In this document: positions 1 through 12,914 of the stretch, in pieces
Layout of the letters: every line of letters begins with the position of its first letter
Position numbering within the stretch: position 1 is the first letter of the stretch
Assembly (NCBI GenBank): GCA_040954595.2
Contig: CM082581.2
Coordinates: 11,282,286-11,346,285 of the forward strand
Direction of reading: 5' to 3'
Source: Balanoglossus misakiensis
Taxonomy: Eukaryota > Animalia > Hemichordata
Length of the DNA: 64,000 nt
Notes under the pieces: generated by a model
Told to the model about the DNA's origin: nothing
Seen by the model: the letters and a program-made list of their open reading frames with translations, nothing else
The model's database searches: none
Translations under genes and position numbers: made by a program

Positions 1-146
1 GGATGATATTGCAGGTAACCAACTTCAAGCGAACACATAGCAAATTCACCAAAAGTCGCGTCTTCAACGGAATGTATCCGGTCATAAACTACGAGAGAAA
101 TAAATCAGTATATACTACGATAAATATAAATGATAATGCACCTTAC

Positions 147-282
147 CTATCGGTCACCAACACAACACAGCAACAACACAAGTTTCAAGATGGCGGTCAG
201 TGTTCGAAATTGACGCGTAAACAGAACGCTCGATTCTATTGGTTATTTGTGTTGAACGTTCTGTAAAGGCGAAGGTCATTGG
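147..282 (-). promoter_or_regulatory. Probable promoter and first non-coding exon of a minus-strand gene that continues beyond the left window edge
   Basis: On the minus strand: donor TAG|GTAAGG (exon end 147), YY1-like CCGCCATCTTG at 186-196, and two CCAAT boxes (ATTGG on + at 238-242 and 278-282). The patch is locally CpG-rich. Confidence 0.5.
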
Positions 283-2163
283 CTATGAGATCATTCTAAT
301 TTAAATACATAAACATGCGAAGGGGGTTTTGACTCAGACGCATCTGTAGAACAACAGCACAAATAAAGGGTTTAAAATCCTAGTTTTTATTGAAGTATTC
401 AACTAATCTCAGCATTCAGAAGTGAACTACCAATCATCAAATTGATATTCAAATCTTAAAAGAATTAAGTGTAGCATTACAGATTTTCTTGAAAGTTGAA
501 AGTGGACGGCTATTCAAGAAAAGTATACTACATGTACTGGAGTTGTTACATACTTTGTACAATAGTAATAGTACAATATTATAGACAATTGAGAATGCAT
601 AGCTCAAAAAAGTCACTAAAATGAATAATTACATCTACAAATTACTGATGTATTACACGTCTGAAGAGAAAACAGAGATGAACAAGAATTGTCCAATTTT
701 GATAGCTGACAGTAGGTGTCCACATCACACAGAGTTACTTTTCACAGGACAAAAAAAAACAAATTTCTCTGTAGCACACTGAGCAGGCACATGTCAGTGC
801 AGTAACAGAGGAGTCCCCCCCAGTGTAGCCACATTCTGCAGAGGGATGTTTTGAACAAACATGCATGACCTGGCCAGCAAAGATACTGACAGTGGCAGGA
901 TTTATTTTTTTCGTTTCTTGTTTGCAAAACTTGGAAATACAAAAGCACAATCACAGACACCAATGAATGCTTCATGACATGAACACATACACCTCAGCTG
1001 ATCATCAAAATTCAACTATCACCTGATATCATACATTTTACACATGTATTATTTTTAAGTAAACGGTAAATATACACAGAACGATACGAAAGCTATTTGA
1101 AACAAATGATTCCTATAAATAGCATATTTGATGGTTGATATGTCAAATTATAATTATAAACAGCATCTCCTGACTGTTACCTGTAATATATCACAATATT
1201 GCTTGTTTGGAAAAAAAGCACATTTAATAATTAATTCTCATCTTTCATAAAGGATAAATGGGAAAGAACTTTCAGCCATGTTATACTCATGAACATAAGC
1301 TCCGAGAGGAAAAGTCTCCTTAAACAGATTGATCTGAGATTATTTTGAAAAGTTTCTAACAAATGAGTATGTCAAACTGCAATCAATGCATGGGGTCATT
1401 TCAGTTCTGGAATCTGGCGTTTTTCATACGACCACATTCCACAAAATTAACTCTAAATCAGAGGATAACGTTCCCTTTTAGGTTTTAGCAGTATGTTTGT
1501 CTTAACCATTGTAAATAGAATCTGTAATGCTGTTCATGAGCACACATGTAGTATTGTTCAAAAAAGTAGACTTTTGGAGTTGAATATGACTATGGTAATA
1601 AATGCTATTGTCTGCATAGTTCTGTAGCGTGTGTGTGTTACATTCAATATTACTATAGATAAGACTTGTGTAAAAGTACTAGCACTTGTTAAGACAGTAA
1701 TGAGATGAGGTCATACTAATCATAATACACCTTTACCTTTCCTGTGTTAACTTCTTAAAGCTTATAATTATTTCATAACAACATAACATTCTCACAAATT
1801 TGTTGAAAGATGAGACAAAATAAAACAAAACAAAACAATATCTGGTTGAAACAATAAAAAGATCAACATTTCCAAAACCCAAACATGGTAGGCAGTGATT
1901 AGTACCAGAACATCTCAATGTATTGACTCATACTTGGTGTAGGATTGATGTTCAAACTTGGTTTGAAACAATTTGTAGATAGATATTAAATGGAATCTTC
2001 AAATTGTTCACCATCCCGAGGCTTTTATTAAGAATAACTTTGTACGACCAGCACTGTACAAACAGTAGCTGAGTACATACTGCCCCCATGAGTTGGGTTG
2101 GTGAAAGCCTGATGTAATAAAGTCAACGCTCATGGGGGCGCTGTTATATTACTTGGTCTTTTC

Positions 2164-5100
2164 TCATGAAGCTTTTTTCTTTTCCTTTTCTTTTGCTAAA
2201 AGATCTTCAAAGAATTTTGAAACCCTTCTCCTGTCAAAAGAACCAGCAAAATCAACAGCTGTCTTGCCAAATTCATTTTTGACGTGGAGATCAGCTCCCT
2301 TCTGAATCAGCAGTTCCACTAGAGACAAGTGACCGTTCAGAGCTGAAATCTGAAATAAAGCACAGTGGAATATATTTTTAAAAATTTGGACAACTGGAAA
2401 ATGAATGAAAATATATGTAACACACAAATTGTAGCAAAAGTCATGGAGTGCCGCCAGACAGAAATCTGTGCTGTCGAGTAATAAGCAAGCAGCATAAGAA
2501 AAAGTACAACAGAGCATTTAAGTGAAAATCCAAGCAAGATCAAATGTTGAAATGATAGTGGTATCCAAGATGTGCTTACCATGAGAGGTGTTTTCCCGTC
2601 ATAATCTTTGGTGTTGACATCAGCACCAGCATCGATCAACACTCTGGCCACATCCGAATTGCCACCCAGTGTACACGCTCTCATCAATGGTGTCCATCCA
2701 GAGTTCCTGTCTCGAATATCGACCTGATTGCAAAAGGATGGGCAGAAGAGTTAGATTTTCACGAACTTCTTTTACAGCGTATTTCACAGTTTAGTTTCTG
2801 ACTTCTGCCTGAGGGCTGGGAGACATGGGTTAAACCCTTGCGAAAGGTTTGTTTGAATGGTACAAATTAATCAACACTAGATTTTCTGTGCAATAAACCC
2901 TACTTAATGGTGAAATCAGCTTATCAAGTCACTACTATTTACAATCAAGTATCACTATCAAAGCTATCACATTTACAGATTGTTATAGTTAGAAACAATT
3001 GATCAGGGATGTCACAACCAATACTATCAGTACAATTGTATCATATGCTTACAGGACAGCCATCGTCTATTATCCAACGCAGCAATCTTGTATTACCACT
3101 GTCCACTGCCCAGTGCATAGGAGTGGAGCCCCCTTTATCACACACTTCCCAAACTGCACCCTCTGACCGGAGAATCTTGACAACTTCCAACTGGCCTGCA
3201 AAACACGCCAGCATCGTGGCGTTCTTTCCACTGTCATTTTGGAAATTGACATCAGCTCTGTATTGAATAAGCAACTCTACAATGCTGGAAAGAGATAAAC
3301 AAAGTTTAGATGTATATTTCACGTGTTACAGTCATGTTAAAGGATATTTGCAATAAGAAGCACATTTTAAGTTATTATACCTCGGCCTTACCAGAAAATA
3401 ATGCACACTATGCATACTGCACGCCCAGAATTAAATCACCACACTACATGTATATATACAGAACCAGACTTTTCCCAATGACATTACTAGTATTCCTTGC
3501 TTTTGAATATGATTGTGTTTGGGGGGCCAATGATCACCTGCTCTCAGACTCATGTTTTGGCTGCAACTACGGTGATGAAGCAGTGATTAGAATCTTACTT
3601 GACATATCCTTTCTGTGCGGCACTCATCAATGGACTTAGTCCGTATTTATCAGGAACATCCACCAGAACCTCACCACTTTCTAGGATTTGTTGTACTTTG
3701 TATGTGTCTTCCTGGTATGCAAATGCTCTGTGTAGTTGTTCTGCAGTCAGTGGTTCTCCTGTGGTAGGCAGGGGGACATTTTGTTAAAAGTTAATACATT
3801 TTTTTTCTAACCCAGGCATTCTAGAGACTGGAATACAACTATATTGCTTTAAGTCTGCGAGGTTTATTCTTGGTATACACTGGTCAAAGAGTGAGGATTT
3901 TTCTCTAGAGAAAACTGGCCATTGGCAAACATGTATTACAAACATTTACAGGATCAACTGTTGACTCGGAGCTGAAATGAATGGATAGGTTGTCTTCATT
4001 GTCAATTTAGTCAATGAAGCAAAGAACAGAGGTCACAGGGCAACATACTTTAAGTTTGTCAAAGGTCAGTGTACAATGGAGGAGTTACATCAGTGGGTAT
4101 ATCAAAGCTCCTGGGATTTACCATAGAATTTATCTGCAAGAATTGAGCTGCTATTGCTATCATGGCGAATGGATTTGGGAATGAAAATATAGATTAGGGT
4201 TATAATTAGTTTCTCCATTGGATGAACAGATGGTTGGTAGAGCCCATGGTTGCAAGTGAGAACTGATGACAATCATGACCATGATTACCAGCCGTTGTGT
4301 TGAAAATGGAAAATGGGACAAAACATTAAAATCTGCAGCATCAAAGACAACTTGTATGTAGTCATTATGGGAGACTGTAAATACTGCAAAGACACAAGAA
4401 AACTATATAATCAAGTCCCAGAGAATAGTCTTGCAACATTCCCTCATGACAACATTCTTGGAGCTTCCTAGTTCATGAGTCCAACAGAGAAACACTTCTT
4501 GATGCCAAAACTTCACAGTGAATTCTCATGTATACATGTACTGGGCAAAAATGAAGCTTCCATTTCCCCCACCCTTTGAGTCTACAATTGAAGATGGAAT
4601 TCAACCGGTAAGATGTCGTGACAGAGCAGTGAAATAAAAAAATGCGGATATTACTACAGTCAGGTGTGGCATGGCAGTCTGACGCCTGAGGACATAAACA
4701 AGTGTACAATGGAGAGAGCATTACTCAATTCACATTCAGACCCACTAATGGCTATTGTGTTAATCAAAGAAAGCTTTAGCAGTTTTATCATGAATTGGTC
4801 TGTATGTATACTAGCCTGAGGCAGATCAATTATTTTACAGTAAAAACATGTGGCATTATCTTGAATGAGAAACGGAAAGATTTCGTGACTACTGGTCTTT
4901 GATGCGTCCCTACTAACACCTCTTTGCTGTAGAATTTGCAGATTTGAAGAATTTAAGACGACACCTCACTTTATGTGTGGATTTTGGCCAAATTTCACAC
5001 ATTTGGTTTAATTGTCTCGTGTATTAAAGCCCACTCAGCACTCCTACTGGAATTGTGCCAAACAAACTTGATCCCAGGGATGATAATTTGCCTGTCAGTG

Positions 5101-8100
5101 ATTAAAGTTCTTTGCTTCCAAACACAAAGGCAGAAAGACTACTTACTTGTTGTTGAAACTGTTACTGTACGACTCCACTCGCCTGCACCGAAGTTATTAG
5201 CAGCTCGTAGTCTATACTTGTATTCACTTCTTGCTTCCAACCCTTCAAAAACATGATTGGATGCATAACCCCTGTAAATCGTTAAAACAGAAAATATTCA
5301 AGTTACACTGATTATTTTGAACAAAAATGATCTTTGTTGCAAACCCGTGGGTTAGCTGAGATGCATAACATGGCAGTTTATCCACACTTGCGTATGTACA
5401 ACTGTTGCTAGGAAACAGACGACAGTTATGCTAAGATGTGCTAAAAGGGCTAGACCAGGTAGTAAACTAATCACCAATACAGCACAAACATGACAGTTAG
5501 CTTTGTTATATGCCTGTGTAAATACTTCTTGTAACACTGATGAATCAGAGTTCAAACAGCTTCACAGAAACCAAAGAGTAGGCTCAATTTCTGGCTTAGC
5601 CTATTTTATATCAACCAGGTGATACCGGGTAGTATTGGTGCTTGGTTCAAGTGGTATGTTGTATTTTTGGCAGAACTGAGAATAGGATATCTACACTTTT
5701 CATCTCTCTACTATATGTCATGACAGTAAAATAAAACTATTGACTGTCAACTTTTACTCCTTACAAAAAACTGTACTATATACAGCAGTTTGGGCAAGAT
5801 AAAGAAAATTCAGTAGTCTAATGAAATGTTATTGTCACCCTGGTCTAACTCGTTAATTTGCAGAAAAGTTTCATGTACATTTAGCAACATGTAAATGTGT
5901 CTGGACTATGGATCCAGTAAACTTTCCAGCTGACTGTTTCAACATGACCATTGGATATCCAAAGAAACTCTGACTATTAAAGGATTTACCTAAAGCATTT
6001 CTTCAAGACAGTAATCCGCTATTATTTCAAAAGCCAGCTAATCCCCGGACACACCTTAACAATAAAAACTATCTGCTCTATCCCAAACAACTGACATTAC
6101 TCAGCAGATTTTTAACAAATGCAAAGACCACATTTGAAGTTTCACAATAGCCAATTTGACAAATATCACATTTACAGTTACATAAAAATCCATTAGACAC
6201 GGCAAACTTAGGAAACTTTGCCAACAACGTAAGAACTAGCACTTGTATAACTCAAGGGGGCTCTTTTTCAACTGCAATCCTTAAGTGGAGTAGCCAGGGG
6301 ATTTAACAACCACAGAATGAAATGTTAACAGGGTTAAAACTACCCTACAAAGATTCACTATTATCCCTCTGTAATACTCTTAGTCCGAATCATTGTTGTC
6401 TGATTCTATAAAAAGCCACTGAAATCACACATCTGTGGATTGGAATCTTTGGTTGACCATGAATTGATTGCAGTATTACTTTCCAAGATGTTAGGTAAAG
6501 AGACAAACAAAGTTTTGCAATCATCCAACATGTGTATACTTCTACAACTCACAATAGTCGTGTGTGTGTGTGCGTGTGTGTGATACTGTATCAGCAATAG
6601 GAACCTCATTTTGAAATAATACCGGTACTCTTACATGAAATGCAATTTTTACAATCCACATTAACAGATCGATAATCTTTATACTACAAACGTAGTACAT
6701 GTAATATTAAATGTACAAAATGATTACTTTGAATGCATGGGTATGTGACTGTGATCCCTGGTGTACGTGTACCTCTCGTCTTCGTTTGAATGACATGATT
6801 ATGTTTGTATTCAGCTTTGGAATTCTACTGAAAGAGAAACCTGGTAAACACATTAGCTGATGAAATTGGATAAATGCAGCTTCTATTAAACTTTGCACTA
6901 TACATGATAAAAGAATAGCCTCAGGATTTACATTAACAATTTAATATTATTAGTAGAGTTGATCCTCTGAGAGAAAACTGATCTGACATGACAATGACAA
7001 GATACATAAATGTGATGAAATTATGACGGAGACGAAACATGTTGTTACTATGGTGACTTTTTGTTGATGCGGCTAAAATTCTAAGAAGTTCACCTCAGCC
7101 GACTCCCAGGAGATGGATTCATCCATCAACATCTCCTGTTACCATAGAAACTAATGTACTTAAAATCAATAAATTGTTAAAGTAGAAAACAGCATCATCC
7201 TGGGTCACTTGCTATCGCAAAAATGAAATTGCTTGTAAAATTCTTGATTATCTGAATGTGGTGGTGTCTCCCATGTGATTGCATTTTAATTTGGAGGAAA
7301 TGGGCTTAGGCGAAAATGTTAAATTGCACAAGATGGTGTGTCCAGTGAAGTAAATCTAATCTATCCATGAATTTTCTACACTCCATTGAAAGCAATCATT
7401 GATGTACGGTATATAAGGTAACACCTCAACATTTCAACCTGACCGTGACTTGCCCTTCCAAAGTTAAACAGCTTTAAACTGCATCGACACTCTTTACATA
7501 GTTTTCTGTAAAATAAAATTTGTTGTTCCCACCCAAAGCCAGTTAACACATAAGTCATCATATTGCTAGCCTGGGCTGTGGTGTGGAATATGAAACTGGA
7601 AGCTACATCATCATTAATAATTAATATTTTCAAAGTCCTATGGACACCTGCAGCTGGGTCATTTGTTGCTGTAGCAACAGTGCAACACAACAAACCAGCA
7701 GTGACCATCTTTTTTTTACAGCCAATCTATGAAACAACCAACTCAAAGCTGGCATGAAGGTTCATGAAGGTTTGGTTCCATTTACAAGTGAATTTTTAAA
7801 ACATATATGCGATATTTCATTGTAATTTCTTCTAAGTTGTCTATTTCTAATGTAATATACATACACAGGCAGAAGTATAATGTGCACATTTATTCATTAT
7901 TGTATCTGATAATTAGTGCATGACACAATAAAAATAAGGCGTTGCTAAAAATGGCAGGAAATCGTGCAAAACTCAAAGCGAGAACAGCAGAATAAACAAT
8001 ATGAGGCAAAACAACACATAAAATAACAGATAGTAAAAAAAATCCACAAAAACACTGAGGTCATTTAAAATGGATGACGCATTTCACACAAATAACTGCA

Positions 8101-11100
8101 GAACAGGGCAGACAGGTATTAAAACTGTCTCCTCAGGGAAACATGACATGAATATCAATAATCTTCAAGCTATTCTCTTGTTCAAAAGAATTCATGATTA
8201 CTTTGGCTTGCTCTGAATAACCTACACACTGCAGGTTTTGGGGGCTCATTCCTGTATCGATATTGCAATTTATTTTACTGGAATGATTGGATGGAGATAT
8301 TCCCTTTCAGTGAACCCTTATTATTGGATTTTATTCAGGAGATGAACACATCACAAGAGTAATGTAAAAGTGGGCAGTAGTAACCATGGATTATTTCAGT
8401 ATTTTTAAAATAATTTGTTTAAAACAGAACCTGTGGTTACGGTTACGTATGTTAAACTAATAGTAGTGCATGCGCCCAAGCCAATGTTACCAAAATAGAA
8501 ATTCTCTGTAACTAAAGGGTTTAATTCTTTGGTTCCTTTCTGCAGAAGGGGTGGTTTTCTGCATTTCTTATAAAATATTACAAACCAGTAAAGGAATCCA
8601 GGCTAATTAATCCCAACAAATACTAATAACAAGGCCTATTGTTTGAACATGCTTTTGTCATAAATACCATTCTTCACAATTTAATAATTCCCAGCACTTA
8701 AGGTTACTGTGCAGTTCTTAACTAGCATGCCTACGGTGTCAGACATTCACACACAATGCAATCATTTTCATGACTTGCTGGTTTTCTCTGGCCAGACCAA
8801 ATAAAATGACACTGAAAAATGATAAAGTAACCATCAAAAAATGTTTTCATTGTGGGGTCTCAGACAAGAAATTCTAGCCGGGTATTTTCACAACATTTAC
8901 AGAGAACTGGAAACTAATGTAGTGTAAGACATGAAATTATTGATTTAAAGAACGCATGATTTACCTTGTAAATATCCATTTCCTTTCTTTAATTCATCTG
9001 ATTTACACATGAATGCTTTTTCCGATTTTGAAAGAAAGAGACGTTTGTAGTTGATTGCAAGTGTAATTCTGAACAATCAAAGAGAACTTTTCAAGCAGCT
9101 ATTAGAGTTTGCATACGAGACATTCTTTTCTTTCCTCGATTATCCGTGTGTATGATCCAAAGTTGATTCACAGGGAAAGGTGCGTGTTGCTTGTTATTCT
9201 TATCCTTTGATACCTGTCGCTGCGCTGGTGTCTCGTTTCACAGCACTTGTACAACCCCTTTCGTTGTCTTTTACAACAACTTGCTTCTCAAGTGCTCATG
9301 TACTTATACTTCATTCGCATTTTCTTCAGAAGGGTCACACAGTTTGTCCTTCATCAAGGCAACACCAAAGGATTCAACATTCCTGTATAAGTTGCTGTCA
9401 TTGGCAATATTCCAAACGTTTACTGCAAGTGCAAAAACTTAGTTCCAGGGAACAGTTATAATCAGACAACACAGATAACTGTAAATGAGCAAAGCCTGCC
9501 TTTTAACAAATGATTCCAGTCAACCTGATTACCTTGATGGAACCACAAGGTCTTTTATTTAATTCAAGAACATTATCAAACTTGGAAGTTTTGCTTCAAT
9601 GGACAGTGACAATGGCCAGCTGTTTCACCTTTTTGGGCGCCACTCTTCAACCATCAAAACTGCTACCAGAGAGCGACCTTTTTAAAAAGTGTTTGCAAGA
9701 GAAATAAAGTCTGGTCCATATAGAAGGAGTCACAGCTAAAGAGGAACCTAGCACACCTGCAAAACTACCAAATGATAAATTGGTTTCTGACTCAACATGG
9801 CTTTTAGGATAATCCCATTGCTATGTCAGTATTTTAGTAGATCAAAGTATACAATTGTACATTTGAAAGAGTTAGCACCTATGGAAATGCTAAAACTTAA
9901 GGATGCAGAAATTCCCATGGACTGCAAACATACGGCTTTTGTGGAGCAGAAGAAAGACCCATGAAACCCAACCCAATAATATATTCATGACAGGTAATGA
10001 AACTTGCATTATTACAGCACACTGCAGCAGGTGGTTTTTGTGCTCAAAAGAACCTGGTTTGCTAATTTGTCAAGACAAAAAAACTTAGGATCTGGGTGAC
10101 TAATGTAGGAACGGATATTAATGGCCTCACTTATGAGAAAATGTGTATTTTAAGTGTTTGAAAAGAGAGAGAAGTAACAATGTTTAGCCACCATTTTGAA
10201 TTGAAAACATTGGTATTTAAAACGCAGATTTGGTTTGCTGGCTGAAAGTTAGTTGTTGATTTAAACTACATATACACCACTTTCAACTGTTTCGTTTCCC
10301 ATTTAAACTATCAATGCACTGCTGGTCTCTTTAGAACCAGGTCGGTATAAGAAGACACAATAGAGTAAAGCATGGACTGTTGTCATGTGAGACCAAACAA
10401 AAGGGAAAGCAGTATTTGACACCATTAAATGGAGAAAGCAAAGAAGGCCAGGGAACCACACAACAGGCTAGACTCACAAAGTTGAACTGGGTCAGATAAC
10501 AAGAGGAGAAAGTTTGTCTTCCATTCTTCAAACAACTTTTGCAAACCCCAAATGTAGACGAGAACTGTTACTGAATTTAATCGCTTCATGACTATTCGGG
10601 AAAATCGATTTCAATCAGAATCTAATCGTGCTGTTTTCATTCAAATATAGCATGTTCTTTTGGGTCTGCTCTCACAATTTTTTGCACACCTGTTAAACAT
10701 GTTCAAAGACTGGAAGTTTTACCTTTGAAGAGCAGCTGTAAAAATATTTGGGAAATACAACAACACCATGCAGAGAAAAATACTGGTGATTCAATAGCCG
10801 AGCCATCCATCTTCTTTGACTTTGCCCTTGAAGTAATGGGTACTTTTTCTATTTACAAAACACACAATGCTATTGTCATGATTAGAGGGGTTCAATGTTT
10901 TGTTCTCAGGTTACGTTTACTGCCTATGGTCACCTCTTAAAGTCAGAACGTGTTTTTTCGTACGATCTTATTACGTTTAAACCATGAAAAGATTGACAAT
11001 GTGGTCATAAACTCTTTGTATAGTTTACTCACCTCATAATATTGTTTTATCCATGGGAAGGCAATGCATTTTAATAGCACAATAAATCATATATAGAAAG

Positions 11101-12476
11101 CTAGACATCTCTTGTCAATCCAATACTTAAATTTACTTTGAAGACAACAAATGGCAAAAATTCACCAATTACAAATTATGCGTTTTGATCTGCTATTTTG
11201 TCATTTCCAAGTGTAGGTACTGACACAGGAATTTCACAGCACTTGTGATGTTATGGGTGACTGCAAATAAGTATGAATGACGTCAAGCTATAAAGACATT
11301 TTTATTAGGAGGCTCTCAAGTCACTTTGAAACAACACCTGATGGATACCACCTGGCAAGTTTTGTATTACACATAAACACTTAGACTTCAAGTATGGGTC
11401 TCAATGAGGCATACATACACCTTGAGGACAACAAATATATGCATTGTTTATCTCTTGACCTTCTCAACCCATTTTCATGTCTGTAAGTCGACATGCCAAG
11501 CTGTTTCTGTATGACTAATATTCAACTCATACTTGGATGTCGAATGGACAGACTTGATTCAGGACTTACGTATAGACATTTCCCCAACCTCCACTCTTTT
11601 CTTCCTCTTGTACGGTATATCTGACTCTTCCTGTGTCTTTATTAATCTTGCCGTCACCTCCGGATTTGTCCCAATACAACTCTATACTGTGATGGGTAAC
11701 TTTGCCAACAATTGGTGGCTCTGGTCTAGGAGGTTCCTCACCTTGGAATAAAAAAATAATAATACTTAACTTCACACCCATTGCAAATGTAAATGATAAT
11801 ATATAACATATTGTGTATGTTTGTGGTACGTGTCACCTGAGAATAATGATGAGAATTAGGTGACACACAGTGAATGTACATATTTCAAATTCATGTACAT
11901 GTAACTTTCAAGAGTTGATCTGATGCTTTCCTTAACACCACAGGCGTTTGATCTGTTATCAGTGAAACAGTCTTCCAATGTTTCTTGTCCCTCAATGTGA
12001 ACTTACAACATGTAAAGCATATATACACCTGACGATCGACCCACCACACCTCGCTCAGAGATGGGACCGCTAGTGCAGCCAAAACCAGACTAGAGGGGTT
12101 AGACGTGAGATAACAGGTCAAACGCCTACAGCCTTGGGCTGGGTTAACACTCCAGGTTGCAAATCGTCAAAATATCGTGCAGATCACAAACTTTATTCAA
12201 AGTCGATCGCATGCTAAAACTTCGGTTCCCACAGTGCAGCAAGGCAGAAATAGTTAAGTCATCAAAGTAGCAGAGTAATGTATTGCGTCTATAACATTTT
12301 AGCGACAAATGTCAACAACTTGCAAGCGGAGATATCTATGGACGTTGGCATAGATAATCTTGGACGTCTTGCAATCTACACGCGAACAGTTTCGTGACTT
12401 TGCCCTGGCCTTGAACACGCTCGACCATTATCACTCTTGGGTAAAACATAAATGGTAACAGTGACCTACCTGGCAT
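2164..12476 (-). CDS. FANK1: Fibronectin type III and ankyrin repeat domain protein 1 (341 aa, 7 coding exons)
   Basis: Exons 12476-12470, 11741-11570, 5271-5147, 3758-3599, 3284-3053, 2723-2580, 2349-2164; GT-AG, phases 1,2,1,2,0,0; total 1026 nt. FN3 domain ([16 protein letters not shown]...[15 protein letters not shown]) followed by ankyrin repeats ([39 protein letters not shown]). The 7-nt first coding exon is the least certain. Confidence 0.93.
5404..7678. promoter_or_regulatory. Four RFX X-box-like motifs in FANK1 intron 2
   Basis: GTTGCTAGGAAAC 5404-5416, GTTACTATGGTGAC 7044-7057, GTTACCATAGAAAC 7138-7151, GTTGCTGTAGCAAC 7665-7678. Confidence 0.55.
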
Positions 12477-12914
12477 TGTCTCTGAAGAAGGACACTGAAA
12501 CTTGGATTACAAGTTCTGTAACTATGCACTCCAGCAGACGTCAATGTTTACTGATAGCTAGCTGTCGACGTTGTAAGCGCACAGTTACATGCAAATGTAT
12601 TTTAATATGGCCGCTGAACTCAGATGACCAATCAGAATGTAAACAGAGAATCTGAAACGAAGGAAGATGCATATCACTCAAGAGAGGGCACTATTTATTT
12701 AGAAAAGACGTGAAAAATACAGTAATTTCTTCCGGTTGACCCACAGGATGAGTTATAAACTTATGCTACGGGTGTTGAACAATCTGTGGCTATTGAGAAG
12801 TGGAAACACAAACTAGTAGGTTAGTCGTCGTCTGGGGATGGGGTTGTCTCCATGGTCAGGTATGGATACGGTCGTGAGTTTTGACGATCAGCATCAGCTT
12901 TCAACGACACTCGC
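12477..12914. promoter_or_regulatory. Bidirectional FANK1/UBOX5 promoter
   Basis: 438 bp between divergent ATGs. YY1-like AATATGGCCGC 12604-12614, CCAATCAG 12628-12635, forkhead TGTAAACA 12638-12645, ETS-like CTTCCGG 12729-12735. Confidence 0.7.

Noticed and set aside
3-266. 87-aa plus-strand ORF
   Set aside because: No recognisable motif. It overlaps what looks like a minus-strand promoter and first exon.
2082-2166. SECIS or selenocysteine read-through of the FANK1 TGA
   Set aside because: The ATGA-N12-AAA pattern is on the antisense strand and lacks the 3' GA quartet. Read-through would add only X-EKTK before TAA.
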